Shown here: piece after piece, positions 1 to 13,449 of the stretch
Position numbering within the stretch: the stretch's first letter is position 1
Layout of the letters: the number at the start of each line of letters is the position of its first letter
DNA from: Octopus sinensis
Taxonomy: Eukaryota
Assembly: GCF_006345805.1 (NCBI RefSeq)
Contig: NC_043011.1
Location: 27,230,464 to 27,294,463 of the forward strand
DNA length: 64,000 bases
Reading direction: 5' to 3'
Translations under genes and position numbers: made by a program
Notes under the pieces: generated by a model
Databases searched by the model: none
What the model was told of the DNA's origin: nothing
Seen by the model: the letters and a program-made list of their open reading frames with translations, nothing else

Positions 1-46
1 TGTGGTTGGTTAGCAAGCTACTTACCACACAGCCACTTCTGCGCCC
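1..46 (-). mobile_element. 5' head of tRNA-derived SINE family A, cut by window edge
   Basis: Reverse complement matches the head GGCGCAGGAGTGGCTGTGTGGTAAGTAGCTTGCT seen at 4660 and 12083. Confidence 0.8.
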
Positions 47-83
47 ACATAAAGAAAATTCCATTTTCTTTTCTGTAATCTAA

Positions 84-955
84 ATGGCTACACTTAGAGT
101 AGGCTGTGTAAATGTTCAGGACCTAGACTCGGTTTGGAAGCAGAGTCACTTGCCCAACGATCTCAGGTGGCTTGATTTAGAGGTGGTCGCCATTAGTGAT
201 ACGAGAATTTCAGGAAAGCATACTAATGCATCCGTTTTCGAAGACTACGAGATATTCTCATCTGTTGGAAGCGGGAGACGGTGTAGCAGTCCTTTTCTGA
301 AAATCCTTAGGTCTCAAGTTACAGGCAATCTTCTTGGACCCGGACTGTAGGCTAGTGGTCATAGATGTGAATTGCACGGAAAGTAGCGCTGAACCCGTAA
401 TGATGATTGCTCCACCACCCTCATTTAATCGGGTAGGTAAAACAGTTTCCCTTTGATTGGTGGCAGTGGCGAAAAAAGTTGTCAGGTGGACGAGATTGAA
501 GGAAATGAGAACAGAGATATTCCTCTTTGTTAGGGGTCTCATTGACTTTTTCAAGTTTCACTTGAAAAGGAAAGTTAGGGTGAAGAGGGAGGCACTATCC
601 TCGATTGAATTTATTTAAAAGAGGGTGAATGTTGGGAAAATGGCAAGACTAGATGGTATCGCTCTAAGTATAGACCTGTGAGGCTGAAAAAAAAAAAGGA
701 ATTGGAGAGGGTACTTGCTCATGGTGCTCAGGGATATCTTGGATGGTGGGGTTCCTCCATTGTCCCTAGAAGTGCTCCTGTGTCCGAATGACCTCATCAC
801 TATCACCTCGACCCCTCTTTCTCTCCTTTTACTGTTATATAATATGCATATTTCTCTTTGTTTTATCGTATACTGTGTATACTTCCTTTATCATTTTTAT
901 CCAACCACACTTTATGACTGCCTCATCCTTCGCCCTGGTGGCAAATAAAAGAAGT
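84..955 (+). mobile_element. Internally deleted Tx1/L1-clade LINE (APE endonuclease N-terminus joined to ORF2 C-terminus and 3' UTR)
   Basis: 84-350 reads MATLRVGCVNVQDL...DLEVVAISDTR (APE start). About 405-680 reads PPPSFNRVGK...LVAVAKKVVRWTRLK...[12 protein letters not shown], homologous to 50800-50980. Ends GCCCTGGTGGCAAATAAAAGAA followed by a trinucleotide tail. Confidence 0.8.
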
Positions 956-1351
956 TACCACCACTATCATCATCATCATTACTACTATTATTATTAAGGG
1001 TATTAATTTTGGGTTTTACTCCCCTACATTGATTGTTTTCAATGCACCTAAGGACCTCAACCTACCCTTCAAAGAATTTATTTAATGCAAACATGAGATA
1101 GGTACTACCGTTCCCAGTCAGAAAGGACTGGGAGTAATGGTAATTAAGGGGTGACTCCACGCACCCCATAACTCCTGAACTCCCGGGCTTGAGCCTTATC
1201 ACCGGAAGTAGTTTCATATCATACCCAAGGCAGATCCTAACATTACTATTTTCTAGAATGTAAAAGCGGTTTGGCTATTGTTAAGAGCCCAACATCTCTC
1301 ACAAGGCAAATTATGCTAGGGAAATAGATGACAGTATCAAAAACGACAAGA

Positions 1352-1672
1352 CAGAGCGAGAGAGGGAGAGAGAGAGAGGGAGAGAGAGAGGGAGAGAGAG
1401 AGGGAGAGAGAGAGGGAGAGAGAGAGGGCGAGAAAGAGAGGGAGAGAGAGAATAGAGAGAGAGAGAAATAGAGAGAGAAAAAGAGAGAGAGAGAAAGAGA
1501 GAGAGAAAGAAAGAGAGAAAGAAAGAGACAAAGAGAGAGACAACGAAAGAGAGAGAGAAAGAGAGAGGGAAAAAGAGGGGGAGAAAGAGAGAGAGGGAGA
1601 AGAGAGAGAGAGAGAGAGGTTGGGGGAAAGAGAAAGAGAGAGAGAGAGAGAAAGGGAGGAAAGAAAGTAAAA
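1352..1672. repeat. (GA)n purine-rich microsatellite
   Basis: Direct reading. Confidence 0.95.
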
Positions 1673-2080
1673 GATGTATGTCAATGGTGTAACGGAATTT
1701 CAAAATAAAGGGTTCCGAAAGAATATCTAAATTTCTTTGTCTTAAAAACAAAACAAAAAAAAATGCAATCATTACTTTATTTTAGAATGGATAATGCTTC
1801 AGTTTCGCTTTTTGCCGAAAGTGCGAAAGTGTTTTAAGTTAGATGAAATGACTTCGAACAGCGAAGCAAGTCACGTCGCAAATTATTTGCTGTTTTCCAA
1901 AATAAAGAAGTATTCTTTAAAGCAGTGCTTAAATCAAATTTTTCTAAGGAAACTTCGTTAGATCACACAGCAACTGTTTTATTATAGCGAAAGACAATAA
2001 ATTCCATTGCAGATTTAATTGATTGTTCAGAACATCGCCTAAATTTACTACCAATGCACATCGAACTACAATAATAGTGC

Positions 2081-2114
<34 letters not shown>

Positions 2115-2121
2115 ATATACA

Positions 2122-2166
2122 TTCCTGAAGATTTCTCTTGAATGAAACAGTTCTAGTCCTGTAGAA
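2122..2166 (+). ncRNA. Minimal type-I hammerhead ribozyme motif in a ~135-bp element (2120-2255) inside (TA)n
   Basis: ttc-CTGAAGA-tttc.tctt.gaat-GAA-ACAG.ttctagtc.CTGT-A-gaa: stem I ttc/gaa, stem III ACAG/CTGT, GUA site. Confidence 0.6.
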
Positions 2167-2325
2167 GCTCCTTCTATATAATAAATTAATTTTACTCTGC
2201 TATGTATTGAGTACCTTATTTACTGTGGTTAACCCTGAATCAACCCGGGACCTACATATACATATATATATATATACATATATATACATATATATATGTA
2301 CATATATATATACATATATATATAC

Positions 2326-2397
<72 letters not shown>

Positions 2398-2473
2398 TGT
2401 ATCTATGAATATGCACACTATATATGTATATAAAACATAAACATATATAAGTATGCATACTTGCACATTGGTA

Positions 2474-2520
<47 letters not shown>

Positions 2521-2819
2521 CACATAAATATGTTCACACACAATATAAAATATTGTGAATATAATGATGTGAATATAATATACCTTAACACTTATCTATA
2601 TGCCTATATTGGTCTGTATATATTAAAATTATTTGCAATATATCATGTCATATATGTATGTATTGATGGAAATACATACACGCACACACATTTATACGTA
2701 TATATCAATATATATGTATACATGCATAGGTATATGTACACATACAAAGATATAAGTGCATATAGATATTCGCAGATAGATATATCTTATATAGATATAT
2801 GTACACACTCACATATACA

Positions 2820-2866
<47 letters not shown>

Positions 2867-4253
2867 ACACACATATATATGCACTACGTTTATGAATAAA
2901 TATACATATTATATATATGCATACGTTTATATATGAATATATATAAATATATTGATAGACAGGTAGATAGCCATATATATATATACATATATGTACATAT
3001 ATATATATATAATTACACACACACACATACACATACACACACATATATATATATATGCGTGTGTATGTATGCATGATTATGTTTATGCACATTTATCTAT
3101 GTATACATAATATATGTGTGTGTATGTGTGTATGTTGTCTGTGTGTGTGTTTATCTGTATGTAAAATCATATTACGTCAAATAAGCGACAATCTTAGCTT
3201 AAGTTTCTGAAAAGAATGAATAAGTTAAATGATATTTCATATTCATGTCATAACCAAGATATATTGTTTTATCACGTTTTGTTTTTTTTCACAATTTCTC
3301 CTCTTCTCTCAATTGTAATCTCTCTCTGTCTTCTTTTCACTCAGTCACTCACTCACCCAGTCAGTCAGTCAGTCACTCACTCACTCTTTATTCTGCTCTC
3401 AACTACAATCTGTCTTTCTCTTCATCAATCACGCTTTTCCTCTCTTCCGCCATACTTTCTCACTGTCTTCTTCCAATCTTATGTTCAACTATCTTCTTCC
3501 ACCTTAACATTGAGGTGTCTCTTCTTAAACTCTCTTTACCTCTATTCCTACACACACACACACACACACACACACACCACACACACACACACACACTACC
3601 CCCCCTCTCTCTCTCTCCAGCTAATTCAGTATTTCTCCATCGATCACAGAGTCAAACATTTTCTTTTTGTATTATTCTCTACTCTTTGGCTCTCAATCAC
3701 ATACGTACACTCAACAATTCAATCTTCTCTCTCTCTCATATATACACTTCACTCGGTTTCTCTGTACCATGAACCCCATCCTTTCTGTTTCTACTATAGG
3801 TTAGTACCTCGCACTCTATTACATGCATATACACTTCACATCTCTCTCTCTGTCTCCCTGTCATCTACACACTTTTCTACACAAATGTCCGATTAAATTA
3901 CAAGAAGTAAATATTAATAAAAGTTTAGAGGACGTAAACAGACGATTATATCGATCTAGGTAAATGAGAGGCAATTTATTTTTATCGACCCCAAAATGAT
4001 AAAAGCTGGGCATGACATCAGTGTCATTTGAACTCAGAAAGCCGAATAAATACTACAAGATGTACTTGCACTGCTTTCTAACCATTCGGCCAAATTCTTT
4101 TATTTTACGTTCTCCATTAGTGTATATTGTTTCAATAGGGATAAAGAGACATGAAGGGATACACAGATATAGTTATATAAATGCTAAGGGTGGCGTGGCG
4201 ACGTTATACAATATATTGCTACACATTAAAATGGTTAATACAGACAGATAACT

Positions 4254-4443
4254 AAGGCGGTTAGCTTGCAGACTCGTTACCGCATCTGACAAAATGCTTA
4301 GCGGCATTTCGCCCGTCTTTACGTTCTGAGTTCAAATTCTACCAAGGTCGATATTATAAGTGCCACTTGAGCACTGGGATTGATGTAATCGACTTAATCC
4401 GTCTCCCGAACTTGTTGGCTTTGTGCCAAAATTTGAAACCAAT
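4254..4443 (+). mobile_element. SINE family C, degenerate, tail type GGCTTGTGCCAAAATTTGAAACC
   Basis: Homologous to 23695-23860 head and core (TTACGTTCTGAGTTCAAATT..., GATGTAATCGACTTAATC). Confidence 0.8.
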
Positions 4444-4455
4444 ATATACAGTTAG

Positions 4456-4516
<61 letters not shown>

Positions 4517-4659
4517 TACATGTATATATAATTAAAATAGAGAACATATATATATACACATACATGTATACATATATAAAATACACACATACGCACGCAC
4601 ACACACACGCACACACACACGCACACATACATAATTAAATAAATATATACATATTTATA

Positions 4660-5051
4660 GGCGTAGGAGTGGCTGTGTGGTAAGTAGCTTGCTTACGAAC
4701 CACATGGTTCCGGGCTCAGTCCAATTGCGTGGCACCTTGGGCAAGTGTCTTCTACTGTAGCCTCAGGCTAACCAAAGCCCTGTGAGTGGATTTGGTAGAC
4801 GGAAACTGAAAAAAGCCCGTCGTATATATGTATACATATATATGTATGTGTGTGTATATGTTTGTATGTCTGTGTTTGTCCCCCCAACATCGCTTGACAA
4901 CGTAAAGTAGCGGTTCGGCAAAAGAGATCGTTAGAATAAGTACTAGGTTTACCAAAAATTAGCCCTGGGGTCGATTTTCTGGACTAAAGGCGGTGCTCCA
5001 GCATGGCCACAGTCAAATGACTGAAACAAGTAAAAGAGTATAAAAAGAGTA
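4660..5051 (+). mobile_element. SINE family A, full length, with internal TA/TG microsatellite
   Basis: tRNA-like head, CORE-like GGCACCTTGGGCAAGTGTC, tail AAACAAGTAAAAGAG; many copies in window. Confidence 0.9.
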
Positions 5052-5949
5052 TATGTAAATAAAAAAGGGATATAAATGAAAGCAAGAGTAAGCTACTCAC
5101 ATGTTGGTGAGAAATCGCGACCTGACTTTTTATAGAGCACCAGATGACCCTTGCTCAACTTCTGCTCCCAAATACTCTGCATCCATCTGCTCAAAGTGTA
5201 GAGTTCTGAAAAACTACCCGTTTGTAAACTCAAATGTACGAGTGGGTTACAAAGGCTTCACGTTCTCTGATATATAAGGCAGAACAGTTTATAGTATATT
5301 AATTTGTCTTTTCTTTTTTCAAAGCAATTTATCACTAATACCTACACATATTAAGAACCATTTCTCCGTTAATCTACAAGTGATCTTTCCTAGTTCTTTT
5401 TATATGATGCTTAAAAAGCTGTATAGCGAATTGCTTTCTATAACATGGTAGAATTTGGTTGCAGGTAATTTTGATTGCTACTTCTACTAGATCTCGATAG
5501 ATTGCCTAAAGACTTCCTTATTGCTAGTTATGGGATTATGATATTATGTATGGATTGCAACTTTGAAACTGAATATAGCTGTATTTCTTTTTTGAAGTGG
5601 CGTTATTCAATGACCCGAACCATTGTATTTTGAAATACTTATCAAATTTAAAAACTAAATATGAGCTGAGCTCAATAACACTACCTTACATAAATTATTT
5701 CTTTCGACAAATATAGTTTTCCTTCTCACAGTGGCTTTTACCTTCACACTACGAAAACTTCACTTTCAAAATGTACCACAAGGCTATTCTATTTTCAAGG
5801 GTAAACAAGTCGTATTTATCCCAATAAAATTTCACTCAAACAGGATGATAACTTCAATTATTCCGCTAATCATATCTGTTGTGTGGACGCCCCCAGACAA
5901 TGAAGTAGGCTAGCCCAATACGTAGACATAGAGGGAGAAGCCTAGACGT

Positions 5950-6115
5950 CAGTAGAGTAGAGACTAGATGATGAGGGGCGCATGCAGCCATTCATAACCT
6001 CATTGTTATATAATCATCTCATTAATATTCGTTTTATGTATTGTCCCCTCTGTGGTGTCCTGACTGTTCTTGTTTGTCCCCCCTCTATGTTGGGCCCTTG
6101 TAGCTAATAAAGAAT
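5950..6115 (+). mobile_element. 3' terminus of a Tx1/L1-like LINE or its dependent element
   Basis: TTGTTTGTCCCCCTCTATGTTGGGCCCTTGTAGCTAATAAAGAA resembles the ends at 51395-51430 and 23880-23922. Confidence 0.55.
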
Positions 6116-6408
6116 AGAGTAGAGACTAGAACAGAGTAGCGAAGAGAGCAGAGTTGAGTAGAGGTCATCCGAACGTGCGCCATAACAATATGCCAATGAA
6201 TAAATAAATCTACATATTCAAAGATGGCCTATCTTTTTTCACATTTCCAAAGAGATACTTCTGCACTGCACCATTTGTGATATATGAAGTAAACATTTCT
6301 TTCAGTGATATCAATACAAAAGCAACTCGATTGTTTTTGTGGTTCTTACAATGGCGTGTATTTTTTACTGGGCGGTGAAAGAAAACAGCTATAGCCACGT
6401 CCTACCTT

Positions 6409-6741
6409 GACGCATGGCTCAGTGGTTAGAGCTTCGAGCTAACGATCGTGAGGTTGTGAGCTCGAATCCCGGATCGAGTTGCGTGTTGTGTTCTTGAGCA
6501 AGACACTTTATTTCACGTTACTCCAGTTCACTCAGCTGTAGAAATGAGTTGCGACGTCACAGGTGCCAAGCTGTATCGGCCTTTGTCTTTCCCTTGGATA
6601 ACATCAGTGGCATGGAGAAGGGAGGCTGGTATGCATGGGCGACTGCCGGTTTTCCGTAAACAACCTTGCTCTGACTTGTACCTGGGAGGGTAACTTTCTA
6701 GATGCAATCCCATGGTCTGTATCGTGACCGAAGGGGGTCTC
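6409..6741 (+). mobile_element. SINE family B (tRNA-Arg-like head)
   Basis: A box TGGCTCAGTGG, B-box-like GCTCGAATCC; near-identical copies at 9982 and 29515. Confidence 0.9.
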
Positions 6742-8265
6742 AGACCTTGACCAAACCCGCAGACTGTTGTTGTAGTCTTGATTGACTGAATTGATCTATC
6801 TTATAAATGCTACAAACATCTCGGTATTCCATTTTTAGTTTATAAAATATCTTCCTTCTAAATAACAAGACAAAAAGTGACACATTTAATTGTCTAAATT
6901 ATTCGATCTATTAACCGCAACTTAATAGCTTGGAAAATTAAAATTCATATCACAATTATTCATTCAAGAGAATTGACGTGTAATAAATTTCAGTTGAGTG
7001 CTGATGTTATGTAATAAGCTGGTTAATAATATATAATCATTGGCAAGACAAGTCTACTTTCACCTCTCGACACACCATTTGTTTTGTATGCTACTTGCTA
7101 TGCTCTTCGATGTATCACACACATGATAGGCAGAGACGCGAATCTTCGAAAGTAGTTAAATTTCCATATGATTTCGTTTCTTACACAGACAAAAGAAATG
7201 TATGAAGAATTGTTAGGGAGTGAGTGAAATTGTTCTTCGCTCGTATCTTTCTGAAGGGAATTAGCACTGGAAGCAAAGAGTGATAACTATAATTGAAAAC
7301 CACACATTTACAGGAGAGTATGTTTAAACGTTACATTTATTACTGCCGTTTTTACATGAACTCATCTTTCTTTTTGCCTTGATCGAGGTATTGACTGTAT
7401 ATAATCCCTCTTCAATTCTTAGCTTTTTCATCTTTCTTAATCTCACATTCCTAACTTCTGACACTGCCTTAGTTTCGTTCTCCACATTCTCACGTTTTTT
7501 TCTCATTTTCTTGCTTACAGTTCTAACGACAACATCAATTCATATCTTAATTTTACTGTCATACGAAAAACGAAGCTCGCTAAAACTAGATACCACACTT
7601 CTTATAGTAATCGAACTGAACATCACCCAAGGATTAATTGTTGCCAACACAGACTTGCGCCGGTTTTCTTTGGATTCCAGATGCTATCGTAGTGACCATG
7701 GAGACTACATGGCGCCGGAAATGTCGAAATCTCTGAAATCTAGACTACATGGCGCTAGAAAATGTTAAAATCTCCAGTTTCTTCTGAGAAGCCATCTGAC
7801 CTTTTATTGATTCAACAGCTTCCAAATCAAACTTTTCATTAACATTATTGCCTTCGAACGATTATTAAAGGAAATACGGTTAATGATATTACAATTTAAT
7901 TGAAATAAGTTAAAAGCGTAACACATCCAATATCACACAAATATGTGGCTTCATTGATATGTTTGGTTGTGAAGCCTTAACATTTAATTACATTTTAACT
8001 ACAGCTTAAATACTAGAAAATTACCCTTAAAAAGTGTAATTTGATATCACTATCGGCTCATTGAGAAATTCTTTTTCGAGTCTATCGTAACAAACACGTT
8101 CCATTTCATCAATATATCAGTTATTTTCTTAATCCTCAGTTAATCTTTAACCGATAGTTGTGAATTTTCTGATTTGTGAATATTTCGTGACTGAAATAGC
8201 AAGAAACTGCAATGAAATAAAAACTTCAGAATCTTTAACTTTAAATGAATAAAGAAGCAAAAGAA

Positions 8266-8308
<43 letters not shown>

Positions 8309-8871
8309 ACACACACACACACACATATACATATATACACACATATACATATATACACACATATATACATATATACACCTACATATATATATATATATAC
8401 ATATATATTTATACATATATATATATACACATATATATATATGCGTATGTGTGTGTGTGTGTGTGTGTGTAAATGGAAATACAGATACATGCTTACATTA
8501 AATAAGTAAAAGATGCAAATGAAGTCAGGTTGAAGAAAACAATAAAATTTCAATTTAAATTTTTACACGGAATCTATGGTTTCATTACACAGGTGTTAAT
8601 TGCAATCGAAGCGAATATTCCGCCTTCATCGCCTTTCAGTTATAATCACATTTAAAAAATGAACGAAACATTATATAACATTCCAAGGAAGCATTTCTTA
8701 TAGAAATACAATTAAAATATGAAAGATGTTCAACATAATTTATAAATATCTGTTTGTTAGTTATTTTTCGAGGAAGTCGTCGCCGTGACGAAAAATATCT
8801 GCTCGTTAAAGATTGTAGATGTTGTCCTGCAATAAATCAAGCAAAGAAAATAAATTAATTACCATTTGGCC

Positions 8872-8902
<31 letters not shown>

Positions 8903-8944
8903 CATACATACATACATACATACAAACATACATACATACATACA

Positions 8945-8978
<34 letters not shown>

Positions 8979-8984
8979 GATTTA

Positions 8985-10565
8985 GGATACTTGACAGTAA
9001 AACCCGCAAGATTATAACATCAACTGGAAATCTCCACAAAAATAGTAATATCGACAGCTTCTATCTAACAAGAGATAAAGGAGGTAAGGGCTTGAGATCA
9101 GTGCGGATAGCTTTTGAATGTTGCGTAGTCTCTCTCAGACAGCACTTGCTAAACGATAGCAGCAAAAATAAATACATTAACTTAGTGCTGAAGAGTGAAA
9201 AAAGCAATATCCTACGTGTTGGAAATGAGCTCCTCAGGAAGCGTTCTCTTCCTGATGCCCCCCCACCAAACAATATACAACCCCAAAACAGCTGGACTAG
9301 TCTACCTCAAAGAAGACCCTAGGTGAAACGTTCAGCATATCAAAAAAAGACCATATATAGGTATTTTTCTCGTAGACTTGAAGAAGGCAGTAGCATTGAC
9401 TTGAAGCGAAACCTCTCCTTGACTCATGACCGCTACATCACATCACACTTTGAAGGTTATGCATTTACAATCCAAGAACAAGCGGTTGTACTAAATACCT
9501 AATGAATAAAAGTGACAGTGAAGCCCTCGGAGTTCTAAGATGCAACCGTAAACGTAGATTATGTCATATTTCTAGGGAAGACATCACACATGATTAACAG
9601 CTATCTAAAAATGTCATCAAGGTAGTCTTCCTATACGACATGACGTTGTCGCAAAAACAGATACCTAATGTCATTCGGGATAAAGACTGTCTTGGAATAA
9701 ATATAGGAGAATCCCCTTGTGGAATACGTATACAAATACTAACACAAGGAATATTGGTGGAACATTTCCCTCAAAACATCTGTCAAGTGTAAACATGACA
9801 TGACGGCTATTGTTGTTTGAGATAGACAAGAAAAATATGTACCGTCATAGAATTCAGCTGTCCTGAATATATCTTTGAAAATCAAAGAGAAAGACGATAA
9901 CTATGAACAACTGCTCCGAAACCTCCAGCTACTATATACTGATCACAAATTTACATTGGTACCAATAATAATTGGATTACTTGGCTCTGTGGTTAGAGCG
10001 TCGAGCTTACGATCGTGAGGTTGTGAGCTCGAATCCCGGTCCGGGCTGCGTGTTGTGTTCTTGAGCAAAGCACTTTATTTTCACGTTGCTCCAGTTCATT
10101 CAGCTGTAGAAATGAGTTACGACGTCACAGGTGCCAAGTTGTATCGACCTTTGTCTTTCCCTTGGATAACACTGGTGGCGTGGAGAGAGGAGGCTGGTAT
10201 GCATGGGCGATTGCTGGTCTTCCATAAACAACCTTGCCCGGACTTGTGTCTAGGAGGGTAACTTTCTAGGTGCAATCCCATGGTCATTCATGACCGAAGG
10301 GGGTCTTTACCTTTACTTGGTTTTGTAAGTAAATGTCTCACTGCCAGTCTAGATAAGCTTGGATTTTCAGAAAAAGAAATCAACCAACTGATTCGCACAT
10401 TACAAATATAATCTATAAGCGAAACAATAGAACCATACAAGACTTTTGTCAGGTTTAAAATGTGATATTGTTTTCGTTATCTACATTCCACAGATAGAGA
10501 TTTGAATCTTTGTTAGAAACCAGCTCCTTCTTCAGAGGAAGAATTTAAGTGGTTAAATACAGAAG
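8985..10565 (+). mobile_element. 5'-truncated R4/Dong-clade non-LTR retrotransposon with restriction-like endonuclease, decayed
   Basis: FYLTRDKGGKGL (end of RT), RLCHISREDITH (CCHC remnant), RHDVVAK, CTVIEFSCP, VPIIIGLLG; frameshifts and stops; (TACA)n on both sides. Confidence 0.8.
9982..10308 (+). mobile_element. SINE family B nested in the R4-like LINE
   Basis: Homologous to 6409-6741; flanked by TTACTTGG direct repeats (about 9977 and 10313), a likely target-site duplication. Confidence 0.9.
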
Positions 10566-10707
10566 ATACATACATACATACATGCTCTTTCTCTGTTGCC
10601 AAGAAATTACGAAATAATTAGAATTTTGGGTATTAGATACCCAAAATTCTCATTCGTGTTTCGAAAAGCGCATTTATTTGGAACACGATTGGATGGAATA
10701 TGGAAGT

Positions 10708-11083
10708 ACTCCGACGGTTACGACGACGAGGGTTCCGGTTGATCCGATCAACGGAACAGCCTGCTCGTGAAATTAACGTGTAAGTGGCTGAGCACTCCAC
10801 AGACACGTGTACCCTTAACGTAGTTCTCGGGGATATTCAGCGTGACGCAGAGAGTGACAAGGCCGGCCCTTTGAAATACAGGTACAACGGAAATAGGAAG
10901 TAAGAGTGAGAGAAAGTTGTGGTGAAAGAGTACAGCAGGGATCACCACCATCCCCTGCCGGAGCCTCGTGGAGCTTTAGGTGTTTTCGCTCAATAAACAC
11001 TCACAACGCCCGGTCTGGGAATCGAAACCGCGATCCTATGACCGCGAGTCCGCTGCCCTAACCACTGAGCCATTGCGCCTCCC
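10708..11083 (-). mobile_element. tRNA-derived SINE, head H2 plus tail T2
   Basis: Minus-strand head GGAGGCGCAATGGCTCAGTGGTTAGG...GGTTTCGATTCCC is shared with 59400-59537; 3' half is shared with 56145-56325. Confidence 0.85.
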
Positions 11084-11557
11084 GTTTCTTTAGTAACACT
11101 CTTTCGAATATTGGTTTAGTTGATATGTCACCAAATCTTTTAGCAGCATAATGTATATACATGCGTGCATGCATGCATACATACATACATACATATATAC
11201 ATACATACATACATACATACATACATACATACATACATACATACATAAAGCTTGCATAGCAAGCGGCTTGAACCTTCTCAAGAAGAATTTAAATAAAACT
11301 CAACGAAAAATCATGCACACATATAAATAAATATATATGAGAGAGAGAAGGGGTAAGAGGGAGAGAAAAGGAGAAAGAGAGAGAATGTGTATTAAAAAAA
11401 AAACACCCTGTACTAAGCTAGAAGGCATGGTGTTTTTTTTCCACACATTATCGATAACATGAATTTCTCTGCCGAGACAGTTTTCACGGCAAAGGTGTTT
11501 TCAGGATTGAGAGTGCACTAGCGTGTTAACTACAACTCTACACGATTTAACTTCGTT

Positions 11558-11706
11558 CCTCCTCCTCCTCCTCCTCCTCCTCCTCATTCTTCTTCTTCTT
11601 CTTCTTCTTCTTCTTCTTCTTCTTCTTCTTCTTCTTCTTCTTCTTTTTCTTCTTCTTCTTCTTTTCTTCTTCTTCTTTTTCTTCTTCTTCTTCTTTTTCT
11701 TCTTCT

Positions 11707-11741
<35 letters not shown>

Positions 11742-11829
11742 TTCTTCCAAATATCAACTGATAGGTTACCCTTCATAGTTTTTGTTAAAAGTTACACTTC
11801 AAATGAACATTAGAGATCAAAATTTAGAG

Positions 11830-11869
<40 letters not shown>

Positions 11870-11950
11870 CAGCAGCAGCGGTAGCAGCAGCAGTGGTGGT
11901 GGTCGTGGTGATGGTGACTGTAGTGGTGTGGTGGCAGCTGCTGTTGTTGT
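11558..11950. repeat. (CCT)n/(TTC)n and (TAG)n/(CAG)n trinucleotide tracts
   Basis: Direct reading; explains the poly-K/E/L/F ORFs. Confidence 0.95.
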
Positions 11951-12082
11951 TTCACTGAATACCGTAATACCATCTCTGGTGGAGATGATGTAGTGAACAT
12001 TCTTTTCTTATTCAAAGTGTTACGAGGAACTATATTATTCAACTTGTCGTTATGTTTTTGTTTTTCTTTTTAAATAAAAATT

Positions 12083-12243
12083 TAGGAGTGGCTGGGTGGT
12101 AAGTAGCTTGCTTACCAACCACATGGTTCCGGGTTCAGTCCCACTGCGTGGCATCTTGGGCAAGTGTCTTCTACTATAGCCTCGGGCCGACCAATGCCTT
12201 GTGAGTGAATTTGGTAGACGGAAACTGAATGAAGCCTGTCGTA

Positions 12244-12293
<50 letters not shown>

Positions 12294-12531
12294 ATATGTA
12301 TTTGTGTGTATGTTTGTGTGTCTGTGTTTGTCCCCCTAGCATTGCTTGACAACCGATGCTGGTGTGTTTACATCCCCGTCACTTAGCGGTTCGGCAAAAA
12401 GAGACCGATAGAATAAGTACAGGGCTTACAAAGAATAAGTCCCGGAATCGATTTGCTCGACTAAAGGCGATGCTCCAGCATGGCCGCAGTCAAATGACTG
12501 AAACAAGTAAAAGAGTAAAAGAGTAAAAGAG
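12083..12531 (+). mobile_element. SINE family A, full length
   Basis: Homologous to 4660-5051. Confidence 0.9.
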
Positions 12532-12974
12532 AGGGTGGAATTTTAGGGTTATTTACTGCTATTTCTAGCCAACCGATCGACGATATAGAAGAAGGTCTCC
12601 ATCTCCTCCATCTTTATTATATGATGTGCACCAGATCCATCTCTATAAGCATAACTGGATAATTGATCTCTTGAATCCAACACTCAAAATTCCTCGATTC
12701 AATCAAGCTACACAATTATAACAGAGTGTAAGCAGTACACACACGCACACACACACACACGTAGTGCCTTTTTCGCAGGCACCGCCAAGATGGGAAGCTC
12801 CTCACTCTTATCATTAAAGGTCCAAAACTGAATATTACCATTCTGGTTGATAACCAATGACGAATTGGTGACTCTCTGTGACTTTTATGTATACGTTTTT
12901 TTTAATCTATCGTTGTTTATTTACAATGGATTTATTAGTAACGGTACGCAACACACAACAGACGTTTATATACA

Positions 12975-13201
12975 TTCTTTTATTCTTTTATTCTTTTATT
13001 CTTTTCCTTGTTTCAATCATGTGACTGCGGCCATGCTGGAGCATCACCTATTAGTCGAACAAATCGCCACCAAAGCATTTTTTAAAAGCGTGGTACTTAT
13101 TCTATCGGACTCTTATAACGAACTGCTAGATTACGGGGACGTAAACACACCAACAATGATTGTCAAGCGGTGATGAGGGATGGACAAACACAGACACAAA
13201 G

Positions 13202-13237
<36 letters not shown>

Positions 13238-13402
13238 ACACATATATATATATATATACGACAGGCTTCTTTCAGTTTCCGTCTACCAAATTCATTCACA
13301 TGGTTTTGGTCAACCCAAAGCTATAGTAGAAGATACTTACCCGAGGTGCCACGAAATGGGATTGAATCCTGGGAAGCAAGCTTCTTACCACACAGTCATA
13401 CC

Positions 13403-13405
<3 letters not shown>
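12975..13405 (-). mobile_element. SINE family A, diverged
   Basis: Reverse-complement homology to 12083-12531. Confidence 0.85.

Positions 13406-13449
<44 letters not shown>

Noticed and set aside
1311-3896. Long ORFs rich in SL, YI, HT or CV (also at 8140, 11501, 13160, 22069, 31424, 45280, 56108, 61637)
   Set aside because: Translations of stop-free microsatellites, not genes
7324-7768. Overlapping ORFs of 60 and 129 aa
   Set aside because: Compositionally biased, with no recognisable domain or splice support
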